Below, one piece after another: positions 1 to 6,796 of a DNA stretch of 12,705 bases (positions within the stretch are counted from its first letter, which is position 1; every line of letters starts with the position of its first letter). The stretch comes from Candidatus Krumholzibacteriia bacterium (GTDB lineage: Bacteria; Krumholzibacteriota; Krumholzibacteriia; WVZY01). Both the position numbers and the translations under genes were made by a program. Location: NCBI GenBank assembly GCA_046754105.1, contig JBHHVD010000087.1, positions 1-12,705 of the forward strand. Direction: 5' to 3'. The notes below the pieces were generated by a model. The model was not told the DNA's origin and made no database searches. It worked only from the letters and a program-made list of their open reading frames with translations.

Positions 1-271
1 AGAAGGCGACGATCGCCGAGCGCGCGAAGCTCTTCGAGAAGATGACCATCGCCGAACGCTCGCGACTCTTCGAGAAGGCGACGATCGCCGAGCGCGCGAA
101 GCTCTTCGAGAAGATGACCATCGCCGAACGCTCGCGACTCTTCGAGAAGGCGACGATCGCCGAGCGCGCGAAGCTCTTCGAGAAGATGACCATCGCCGAA
201 CGCTCGCGACTCTTCGAGAAGGCGACGATCGCCGAGCGCGCGAAGCTCTTCGAGAAGATGACCATCGCCGA
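1..271 (+). repeat. Perfect 72-bp direct repeat (about 3.8 identical copies)
   Basis: Bases 1-72 recur identically at 73, 145 and 217; the first mismatch is at 272. Confidence 0.95.
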
Positions 272-1376
272 GCGCGCGAAGCTCTTCGAGCGCTACACGA
301 TCGCCGAACGGTCCAAGCTCTTCGAGAAGGCGACGCTGGCCGAGAGAGCCAAGCTCTTCGAGAAGATGACGATGGCCGAGCGGGCCAAGCTCTTCGAGGC
401 GATGAGCATCGCCGAGCGGGCCAGGCTCTTCGAAAAGGCTACGATCGCCGAGCGCGCCAAGCTCTTTGAAAAGGCTACGATCGCCGAGCGCGCCAAGCTC
501 TTCGAGCGGTACACACCCGCCGAGCGCAGCAAGGTTTTCGAGAAGCTGACCCTGGCCGAGCGGTCGAGGCTCTTCGAGAAGATGACCCTGGCCGAGAGAG
601 CCAGGCTCTTCGAGAAGGCAACCCTGGCCGAGCGGGCCAAGCTCTTCGAGAAGATGACCATCGCCGAGCGCAGCAAGCTCTTCGAGAAGATGACCATCGC
701 CGAGAGAGCCAAGCTCTTCGAGAAGGCAACCCTGGCCGAGCGCGCCAAGCTCTTTGAGAAGATGACCATGGCCGAGAGAGCCAAGCTCTTCGAGAAGATG
801 ACCATCGCCGAGAGAGCCAAGCTCTTTGAGAAGGCGACCATCGCCGAGCGCGCCAAGCTCTTCGAGAAGATGACGATGGCCGAGAGGGCCCGGCTCTTCG
901 AGAAGGCGACCATCGCCGAGCGCGCCCGTATTTTCGAGCGCTATTCCATGGCGGAGAGGGCCCGGCTCTTCGAGAAGATGACCATTGCCGAGCGCAGCAA
1001 GATTTTCGAGAAGCTGACTCTGGCCGAGCGCGGTAACATCTTCGAGCGGTTCAAGATCGGGGAAGCTGATTTTGGAAAGATGACCATCGCCGAGCGCGCG
1101 CGGCTGTTCGAGCGCTTCACACCTGCCGAGCGCAGCCGGATCTTCGAGAAGCTGACCCTGGCCGAGCGCAGCAACGTCTTCGAGCGTTTGAACATCGCCG
1201 AGCGCAGCAAGCTTTTCGAGAAGCTGACCCTGGCCGAACGCGGTAACATCTTCGAACGTTACAACGTCAGGGAAGCCGATTTCGGCAAGATGACGATGGC
1301 CGAAAGGGCCAAGCTCTTCGAGCGGTTGAGCCCGGCCGAGCGGTCCCGCATGTTCGAGCGTGTGAAGATCGCCGAA
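1..1376 (+). repeat. Coding tandem repeat, 36-bp period (about 38 units)
   Basis: GCCGAG/GCCGAA...TTCGAG recurs every 36 bp (unit starts 9, 45, 81 ... 981, 1017). Two 30-bp units interrupt the array at 1053-1082 and 1263-1292. Confidence 0.97.
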
Positions 1377-1379
1377 TAG
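3..1379 (+). CDS. 5'-truncated tandem-repeat protein (12-aa helical repeats, consensus T-[ILM]-A-E-R-[AS]-[KR]-L-F-E-[KR]-[MAL]); period and pattern resemble MgtE N-terminal-type superhelix repeats; function unknown
   Basis: The frame is open from base 3 (KATIAERAKLFEKM...) to TAG at 1377-1379, giving at least 458 aa. The ATG at 42 is just an internal repeat Met. There are 36 complete 12-aa units plus two 10-aa units. AER and FE are invariant in all 12-aa units while synonymous codons vary, which indicates selection on this frame. A terminator-like hairpin follows. Confidence 0.88.
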   Translation, partial: KATIAERAKLFEKMTIAERSRLFEKATIAERAKLFEKMTIAERSRLFEKATIAERAKLFEKMTIAERSRLFEKATIAERAKLFEKMTIAERAKLFERYTIAERSKLFEKATLAERAKLFEKMTMAERAKLFEAMSIAERARLFEKATIAERAKLFEKATIAERAKLFERYTPAERSKVFEKLTLAERSRLFEKMTLAERARLFEKATLAERAKLFEKMTIAERSKLFEKMTIAERAKLFEKATLAERAKLFEKMTMAERAKLFEKMTIAERAKLFEKATIAERAKLFEKMTMAERARLFEKATIAERARIFERYSMAERARLFEKMTIAERSKIFEKLTLAERGNIFERFKIGEADFGKMTIAERARLFERFTPAERSRIFEKLTLAERSNVFERLNIAERSKLFEKLTLAERGNIFERYNVREADFGKMTMAERAKLFERLSPAERSRMFERVKIAE

Positions 1380-1397
1380 GCAGGACAAGAGTGAATC

Positions 1398-1416
1398 TCT
1401 CCGGGGGACCCGGAGA
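1398..1416 (+). other. Small GC-rich stem-loop in the 3' UTR of the repeat gene
   Basis: TCTCCGGG (1398-1405) pairs with CCCGGAGA (1409-1416). Confidence 0.5.
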
Positions 1417-1425
1417 CGGAGCACG

Positions 1426-1466
1426 GGGAGACGCCACCATTTTGTTGTGGCGTCTCCCTCTTTGTT
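1426..1466 (+). terminator. Probable Rho-independent terminator of the repeat-protein gene
   Basis: Perfect 12-bp stem GGGAGACGCCAC (1426-1437) / GTGGCGTCTCCC (1447-1458) with a 9-nt loop, followed by the U-rich tract TCTTTGTT. Confidence 0.75.
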
Positions 1467-1470
1467 GCCC

Positions 1471-1483
1471 TATAATCGCCGCA
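1471..1483 (+). promoter_or_regulatory. Sigma70-type -10 element positioned for a leaderless transcript
   Basis: Perfect TATAAT at 1471-1476, then 6 nt (CGCCGC), then ATG at 1483. There is no Shine-Dalgarno, and the -35 region is poor (TGGCGT at 17-nt spacing). Confidence 0.6.
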
Positions 1484-4431
1484 TGACCCGGACGCTCTTG
1501 TTCGTCTCTGCTGCTTCCATATTCCTTTTCCCACTCAACGCATCTGCACAGTTCAAGCTCAGGACTGTGGAAACCGACAATCTCAAACTCGTCTTCTACG
1601 ACGAGGGGCATCAGTACATATTGCCGCATCTGACGCGGTGCTTTGAAAACTCGATGACCTTCCACCGCAAGTTGTTCGACTACACGCCGAGCGAAAAGGT
1701 CACCGTCATTCTGCGTGATCTCAACGACCACGGTTACGCGGGGGGTACGTCGCTGCCTCTCAACTATCTGATCATCGGCATCGAGCCGTTCGAGCAGGTG
1801 TATGAGACGTCACCGACGAACGAGCGCATCAACTGGGTGATGAGTCACGAACTGCTCCACGTCATGGCGTCCGATCAGGCGGCGCCGTCTGACCGGTTTT
1901 TCCGGTCTCTCTTCTTCGGCAAGGTGCTAACCACCGACGAAGCGCCGATTTCAATGCTGTACAGTTATCTGACGTCGCCGCGCATGTACGCCCCGCGTTG
2001 GTTTCACGAGGGGATGGCCGTGTTTATGGAAACGTGGATGGCCGGCGGGTACGGCCGCGTGCTGGGCGGGTACGACGAGATGGTGTTCCGCACCATGGTG
2101 GCCGAGGACGCGTATTTCTACGATGTCGTGGGACTCGAATCCGAGGGAACGACCACGGATTTCCAGATCGGGCAGGTATCGTACCTCTACGGGACGCGTT
2201 TCATAAGTTACCTTGCCTACCAGTACGGCGCCGAAAAGGTACTGCGGTGGCTCAACCGCAAGGATCACTCGAAGAGCAATTTCGGTTCGCAGTTCAAGAA
2301 CGTCTATGGCGCCGGACTCGACGACGAATGGAGGCGGTGGATTACATTCGAGCACGAGTGGCAAGAGACGGCGCTCGACTCGATCCGGCAGTACCCGGTT
2401 ACGGGGTACAGGGGGTTGACGGAGCGCCCGCTGGGTTCGGTGTCACGGGCGTACTACGACCCGCGGACGCGAAAGCTCTACACCGGTGTCCTCTATCCCG
2501 GAGACGTTTCGCACGTCGTCGAAATCGACGTGGACACGTGGCAGAACCGGAGAATTGCCGACATCCCGACGCCGGCGCTGTACTACGTGTGCTCACTCGC
2601 CTACGATGACTCGGCGGGAACGATCTTTTACACGACGGACAACAGCAAGGAGTGGCGGGACCTGAACGTAGTCGACCTGAAAACGCGCAAGTCGCGGCGG
2701 CTGCTCAAAGACATACGCGTCGGCGACCTGGCGCTCAATCGGGCCGACAAGTCACTCTGGGGCATCAGGCACCACAACGGGACGACGCGCCTGGTGATGA
2801 TCCCCGCCCCTTACGAGGAGCCGTGGGAGATCCTGCCGCTGCCGTACGGCACCGACCTCTTCGATATCGACGTCTCCCCGGACGGGCAGTACCTCTCCGG
2901 GGCCATGATGGAAATCAGCGGCCGCCAGCGACTCATCCGCATGTCCATTCCCCGGCTGCTCGCCGGCGACAGCAGCTTCGAGGTCCTCTACGAGTTTCTG
3001 AAGTACTCGCCGGCCAACTTCGTCCACTCGCCGGACGGAAGGTACCTCTTCGGGACGACCTATTCCACCGGGGTTTCCAACGTCACTCGCTACGACCTGG
3101 AGAACCACAAGATGGAGTGGATAACGAACGGCGAGACCGGTTATTTTCGTCCCGCTCCCATTTCCGAGGACTCACTAATCGTCTTCCGGTACACATCCGA
3201 GGGGTTCATGCCGGTGATGATCGCCAACGCTCCGATTGAGGATGTTGCGGCGGTGCGGTTCTTGGGCCAGGCAATTCTCGACCGCAATCCCGTTCTCTCC
3301 GACTGGGCGCTCGGCTCCCCCAGGGACGTGGAGATCGATTCGCTCTCACTCGTGCCGCGGGACTACGATGGTCTGGGCAGCATCGGCCTCGAGTCGATTT
3401 ACCCCATCGCCGAGAGCTACCGTGACCGGGTTGCGTACGGCGTCCGCTTCGCGCTGGGCGATCCAATGTTCACTCACGCGCTCGAGGCAACGGCCTCCAT
3501 TTCGCCCAGGAAGAGCCTGCCGAAGAACGAGCGGTTTCACGGCAGGGTCAGCTACAGCCACTACCCGTGGGCGCTCTCCGGGACGGTCAACCGCGCGGAC
3601 TTCTACGATTTCTTCGGCCCGACCAAGTCGAGCCGCAAGGGGTATTCGGTGGGGCTGAGCTACGACGGATTCATCTCAACCGACCGGCCGAAGAAGGCGG
3701 GGTACGAACTGTCGATCACCGCGTACGGTGACCTGCGCAGGTTGCCCGCCGCCCAGAACGTGTCCGCCAGTTTCGACAAGCTGCTAACCGCAAACGGCAG
3801 CGTGCATTACAAATCCTTCCGCAAGACCATCGGAGGGGTGGAGAGCGAGAAGGGTTATCGCTGGTCGCTCAACGGCGGCAACAATCTGGTCAACGGGACC
3901 AACTTTCCCCACTACTGGGGCGAGCTGGACGTCGGGTTTCTGCTGCCGTGGGACCACTCGTCGATCTGGTTGAGAAGCTCGGCGGGCAACGCCCACTCCC
4001 GGGGCGACCGCAACGAGCCGTTCGCGAACTTTTTCTTCGGAGGCTTCGGGAACAACTACGTGGACCACGGGGGGGTAAAACGCTACCGGGAGTACTACAG
4101 TTTTCCTGGGCTCGAGCTGAACGAACTCGGAGGCACAAATTTTGGCAAGCTGATGCTGGAATGGACCCTCCCTCCGAAGCGCTTTCGCCGTCTCGGTATC
4201 CCGTCGTTGTACACGAACTGGGCTCATCTGACGTTGTTTTCGACCGCTATCAGTACGAACCTCGACAAAAAGGTGTTGCGGAGAAACCTTGTGAATTTCG
4301 GCGCCCAGCTGGATCTGAAACTGGTCATTTTCTCCACCATGTCTTCGACGTTTTCGCTGGGCTACGGTGCGGCTATCGAGGAGTCGCGGCGCGCATCGCA
4401 CGAGTTCATGATTTCGTTGAAGTTGCTGTAG
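1483..4431 (+). CDS. Exported multidomain protein: signal peptide + gluzincin/peptidase MA-like domain + TolB/WD40-like beta-propeller + probable C-terminal Omp85/BamA-like beta-barrel (982 aa)
   Basis: The ATG at 1483 gives a Sec signal peptide MTRTLLFVSAASIFLFPLNASA|Q. HELLH lies at 1846-1860, with a downstream PRWFHEG third-ligand motif (E at 2008-2010). Propeller-type motifs are DVSPDGQYL and HSPDGRYLF. The C-terminal third has amphipathic aromatic beta-strands and an FFFGG motif before a loop-6-like region. The barrel call is inferred from pattern only. Confidence 0.8.
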   Translation: MTRTLLFVSAASIFLFPLNASAQFKLRTVETDNLKLVFYDEGHQYILPHLTRCFENSMTFHRKLFDYTPSEKVTVILRDLNDHGYAGGTSLPLNYLIIGIEPFEQVYETSPTNERINWVMSHELLHVMASDQAAPSDRFFRSLFFGKVLTTDEAPISMLYSYLTSPRMYAPRWFHEGMAVFMETWMAGGYGRVLGGYDEMVFRTMVAEDAYFYDVVGLESEGTTTDFQIGQVSYLYGTRFISYLAYQYGAEKVLRWLNRKDHSKSNFGSQFKNVYGAGLDDEWRRWITFEHEWQETALDSIRQYPVTGYRGLTERPLGSVSRAYYDPRTRKLYTGVLYPGDVSHVVEIDVDTWQNRRIADIPTPALYYVCSLAYDDSAGTIFYTTDNSKEWRDLNVVDLKTRKSRRLLKDIRVGDLALNRADKSLWGIRHHNGTTRLVMIPAPYEEPWEILPLPYGTDLFDIDVSPDGQYLSGAMMEISGRQRLIRMSIPRLLAGDSSFEVLYEFLKYSPANFVHSPDGRYLFGTTYSTGVSNVTRYDLENHKMEWITNGETGYFRPAPISEDSLIVFRYTSEGFMPVMIANAPIEDVAAVRFLGQAILDRNPVLSDWALGSPRDVEIDSLSLVPRDYDGLGSIGLESIYPIAESYRDRVAYGVRFALGDPMFTHALEATASISPRKSLPKNERFHGRVSYSHYPWALSGTVNRADFYDFFGPTKSSRKGYSVGLSYDGFISTDRPKKAGYELSITAYGDLRRLPAAQNVSASFDKLLTANGSVHYKSFRKTIGGVESEKGYRWSLNGGNNLVNGTNFPHYWGELDVGFLLPWDHSSIWLRSSAGNAHSRGDRNEPFANFFFGGFGNNYVDHGGVKRYREYYSFPGLELNELGGTNFGKLMLEWTLPPKRFRRLGIPSLYTNWAHLTLFSTAISTNLDKKVLRRNLVNFGAQLDLKLVIFSTMSSTFSLGYGAAIEESRRASHEFMISLKLL

Positions 4432-4444
4432 CAAACCAACGCCC

Positions 4445-5467
4445 TTGTCCGCGTCAAGCTTGAATTCCTTTGTCAGCCTGTCTGTGAGCCTCCTCCCGGT
4501 CGTCGCATTCCTGTTGGTGCTGATTACGCTGGACAGCTTCAAGCTGGTGCGGTTTCGCGCCGTGCTGTACGCGATTCTCCTCGGAGCGGTGATGGCCGTC
4601 GCGTCGCTGTGGCTGAGCATCTGGCTGATCGGGAACATAACGGTGAAGCTGCCGGTGTACGTGCGCTACGTGGCCCCGGTGGTGGAGGAGACGCTAAAGG
4701 CGGCTTTTCTCATCTACCTGATAACGCGAAGGCGGGTCGGATTCATGGTAGACGCGGCCATCTTCGGGTTCGCCGTCGGCACGGGGTTTTCGCTGGTCGA
4801 GAACGTCTACTATTTTAAGTACTTCGCGGACCCCAACCCGCTGCTGTGGGTAATACGGGGCTTCGGCACCGCCGTCATGCATGGTATGGCCGCGGCGGTC
4901 ATGGGGATCGTTTCCAAGCAGCTGTCGGACCGCTTTTCCGCGAGCAAGTACCAGGTGTTCCTGCCCGGGCTCGTGATCTCCTTTGCCATCCATTCGCTCT
5001 ATAACCATTTCTTCCTGTGGACCGGCTTTTCACCCATCATGATGCTGGTGATGCTGCCGATCGTTGTTGTCGTGGTTTTCAGGGCGAGCGAGAACGCGAC
5101 CCGCGAGTGGCTCGGCGTGCGCTTCGATACCGACGCTGAGCTGCTGGATATGATCAATACCGGGCGCGCGGGCGAGTCGCGCGTGGGCGCGTACCTGCAA
5201 ACGCTGCAGTCACGGTTTCCGGGTGAAGTGGTGGCGGACATGCTGTGCATGCTGCGGCTTCACCTGGAGCTGTCGATTCGCGCCAAGGGCATGCTCCTCA
5301 TGCGCGAGGCGGGGTTCAAGGTACCGCGTGACCCGGAGATCGAGGAGAGCTTTCGCGAGTTGAGGTTTCTGGAGAAAAGCATCGGCAAGACCGGTCTGCT
5401 GGCCATCAATCCGGTGCTCAACTATCGCGACCACGACCTGTGGCAGCTGTACATGGTGCGCGACTAG
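4445..5467 (+). CDS. PrsW-family (M82) intramembrane protease with a soluble C-terminal extension of about 125 aa
   Basis: Multiple TM segments carry the four PrsW motifs: APVVEETLK (EExxK), GFSLVEN (FxxxE), AVMHG (H) and IHSLYN (HxxxN). The start is uncertain (TTG 4445 or TTG 4460; no ATG or SD). It begins 13 bp after the upstream stop, so it is probably co-transcribed. Confidence 0.85.
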   Translation: MSASSLNSFVSLSVSLLPVVAFLLVLITLDSFKLVRFRAVLYAILLGAVMAVASLWLSIWLIGNITVKLPVYVRYVAPVVEETLKAAFLIYLITRRRVGFMVDAAIFGFAVGTGFSLVENVYYFKYFADPNPLLWVIRGFGTAVMHGMAAAVMGIVSKQLSDRFSASKYQVFLPGLVISFAIHSLYNHFFLWTGFSPIMMLVMLPIVVVVVFRASENATREWLGVRFDTDAELLDMINTGRAGESRVGAYLQTLQSRFPGEVVADMLCMLRLHLELSIRAKGMLLMREAGFKVPRDPEIEESFRELRFLEKSIGKTGLLAINPVLNYRDHDLWQLYMVRD

Positions 5468-5478
5468 CGCCGTTCGTC

Positions 5479-5560
5479 GCGCGGGTCCTGTCGCCGATTA
5501 CCCCCGCCGTGCTCGCTGACGCTGCGCGCGATCGGGGGGGGCCATCGGCGCCACCCGCGC
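5479..5560. other. Long imperfect inverted repeat between convergent genes (possible bidirectional terminator/stability hairpin or REP-like element)
   Basis: Nested paired blocks: GCGCGGGT 5479-5486 / ACCCGCGC 5553-5560; CGCCGAT 5492-5498 / ATCGGCG 5544-5550; CCCCCG 5501-5506 / CGGGGG 5533-5538. There is no U-tract. Confidence 0.55.
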
Positions 5561-5562
5561 CA

Positions 5563-6732
5563 CTAGCCGACGACCTTGCACAGTACGGCGGTCAGGTACC
5601 CCGCGTAGTTGCCAACCGCATAGCCGATAAGCGCCAGCAGGATGCTGGCGGGAACGAGGCTCTCCTTGTGGTAGGCGGCGACGATCGGCGCCGAGGCCGC
5701 CCCGCCGATATTCGCCGCGCTCGCAATGGCAGCGGTGTGGACGTCCACCGAAAAGAGCCGCGCGCCCAGCAAGCAAAAGCCGCCGTGGATGAAAATCCAG
5801 ATGAAGCCCCCGAGCAGAAACCACGGCGCCTGAGCGGCAACCCCCCCGAGGTCGGCGCTCGCGCCCATGCGGGCGACGAAAATATAGAGCAGCCCCATCG
5901 CCAGCTCGAAGCTGCCGGGAATCCTCCGCAGCGGCGTCAGCGACAACGCGATACCTATGGTGGTGACGGCCAGGATCTTCCAGGTGCCGGCGCTTACGTA
6001 CGGCGGTATCTCGGGAAGCCGCGTCGAGAGCTGCACCGCCGCCCAGGTGACGGCCATGCCGATGAAGATCAGGTATATGTAATGGTAAAGCTCGACCTTG
6101 CGCTGTGACGTGTCGAGTTCCTTGCTCGCCTTTTCCATCCTCTGCAGGCGATCGGGGCTCACACGGGTGAAACGGGCGAACGCCCCGGCAAAGTTGCGGG
6201 AGGCGAGCATGATCGGCAGCCACACCAGGTAGATGACGGTGTCGCCGAGAACGGCCAGGCCGAACTCCGTGCCGCCCGCGTCGATCATCTCGCTCACGGC
6301 CGCCATGTTGCCGGTACCGCCGATCCAACTGCCGGCGAGCGTGCCGAACGCCTTCCAGCCCTCCGGGCTCAAACCCACCTTGACGATCAGGTAGGCGATG
6401 GGCGCGCCGACCACCACGCCAAGGGTGCCGAAAAGCATGACGAAGACGCCCTTGCCCATCAACCGTACCGCCGCGGCGACGTCGACCTTGAGCAGCAGCA
6501 GCACGAGAATCATGGGCAGGATCGCCGAGCGAATCCAGCTGTACGCCGGCGAAGTGGTGGGAATGAATCCCGTGTTCGACAGAACGACGGGCACGAGATA
6601 AATGAATACCAGCGGCGGCAGGTAGCTGAACAGCTTCCATCCCGTCGCGTTCTCGAGATAGAAAAAGAGGGCCGCGACACCGGTTAACACGGCCAGTATC
6701 CCGACGGGACTCGTGATCAACGCATCCGGCAT
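5563..6732 (-). CDS. DUF819 family integral membrane protein (putative secondary transporter), 389 aa
   Basis: About 10 hydrophobic segments and two Gly-rich re-entrant-type motifs typical of DUF819: GSWIGGTGNMAAV and ASAANIGGAASAPIVAA. The start is placed at ATG 6732 (MPDALITSP), which has a GGGAG SD at 6739-6743. The ORF-track extension to 6861 is hydrophilic and overlaps pfp. Confidence 0.85.
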   Translation of the reverse strand: MPDALITSPVGILAVLTGVAALFFYLENATGWKLFSYLPPLVFIYLVPVVLSNTGFIPTTSPAYSWIRSAILPMILVLLLLKVDVAAAVRLMGKGVFVMLFGTLGVVVGAPIAYLIVKVGLSPEGWKAFGTLAGSWIGGTGNMAAVSEMIDAGGTEFGLAVLGDTVIYLVWLPIMLASRNFAGAFARFTRVSPDRLQRMEKASKELDTSQRKVELYHYIYLIFIGMAVTWAAVQLSTRLPEIPPYVSAGTWKILAVTTIGIALSLTPLRRIPGSFELAMGLLYIFVARMGASADLGGVAAQAPWFLLGGFIWIFIHGGFCLLGARLFSVDVHTAAIASAANIGGAASAPIVAAYHKESLVPASILLALIGYAVGNYAGYLTAVLCKVVG

Positions 6733-6796
6733 GGCTCGCTCCCATTGTTGAGGACCGGCGGGGACACGGCGCCGATAAGGATTCTCCAACGGCCCG

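Noticed and set aside
42..44. ATG at 42 as the start of the repeat protein
   Set aside because: The frame is open to the window edge and the same repeat continues upstream. This Met is position 12 of a repeat unit.
293..1249. Repetitive antisense ORFs (293-913, 475-729, 941-1249)
   Set aside because: These are mirror images of the sense repeat. The variation pattern and the downstream terminator support the + frame.
45..1364. Eukaryotic actin-binding motif mimicry (Xin-like h-x5-LFE spacing)
   Set aside because: The similarity is limited to 3-4 residues of a generic amphipathic helix, the period differs (12 versus 16 aa), and there is no secretion-effector context.
1..1376. CRISPR array (36-bp periodicity, 72-bp repeat+spacer-like unit)
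   Set aside because: There are no unique spacers, the units are contiguous and in frame, variation is synonymous or conservative, and no cas genes are present. It is a coding tandem repeat.
1448..1470. Sigma54 promoter (TGGC...TTGC)
   Set aside because: The spacing between TGGC (1448) and TTGC (1465) does not fit the fixed -24/-12 geometry.
1447..1482. GTG 1447 start for the barrel protein
   Set aside because: It lies within the terminator stem and upstream of the TATAAT. ATG 1483 gives a clean signal peptide.
5468..5562. Integron attC site
   Set aside because: The bulged hairpin has a suitable size but lacks the RYYYAAC / GTTRRRY core ends on either strand. The flanking genes are convergent and no integrase is present.
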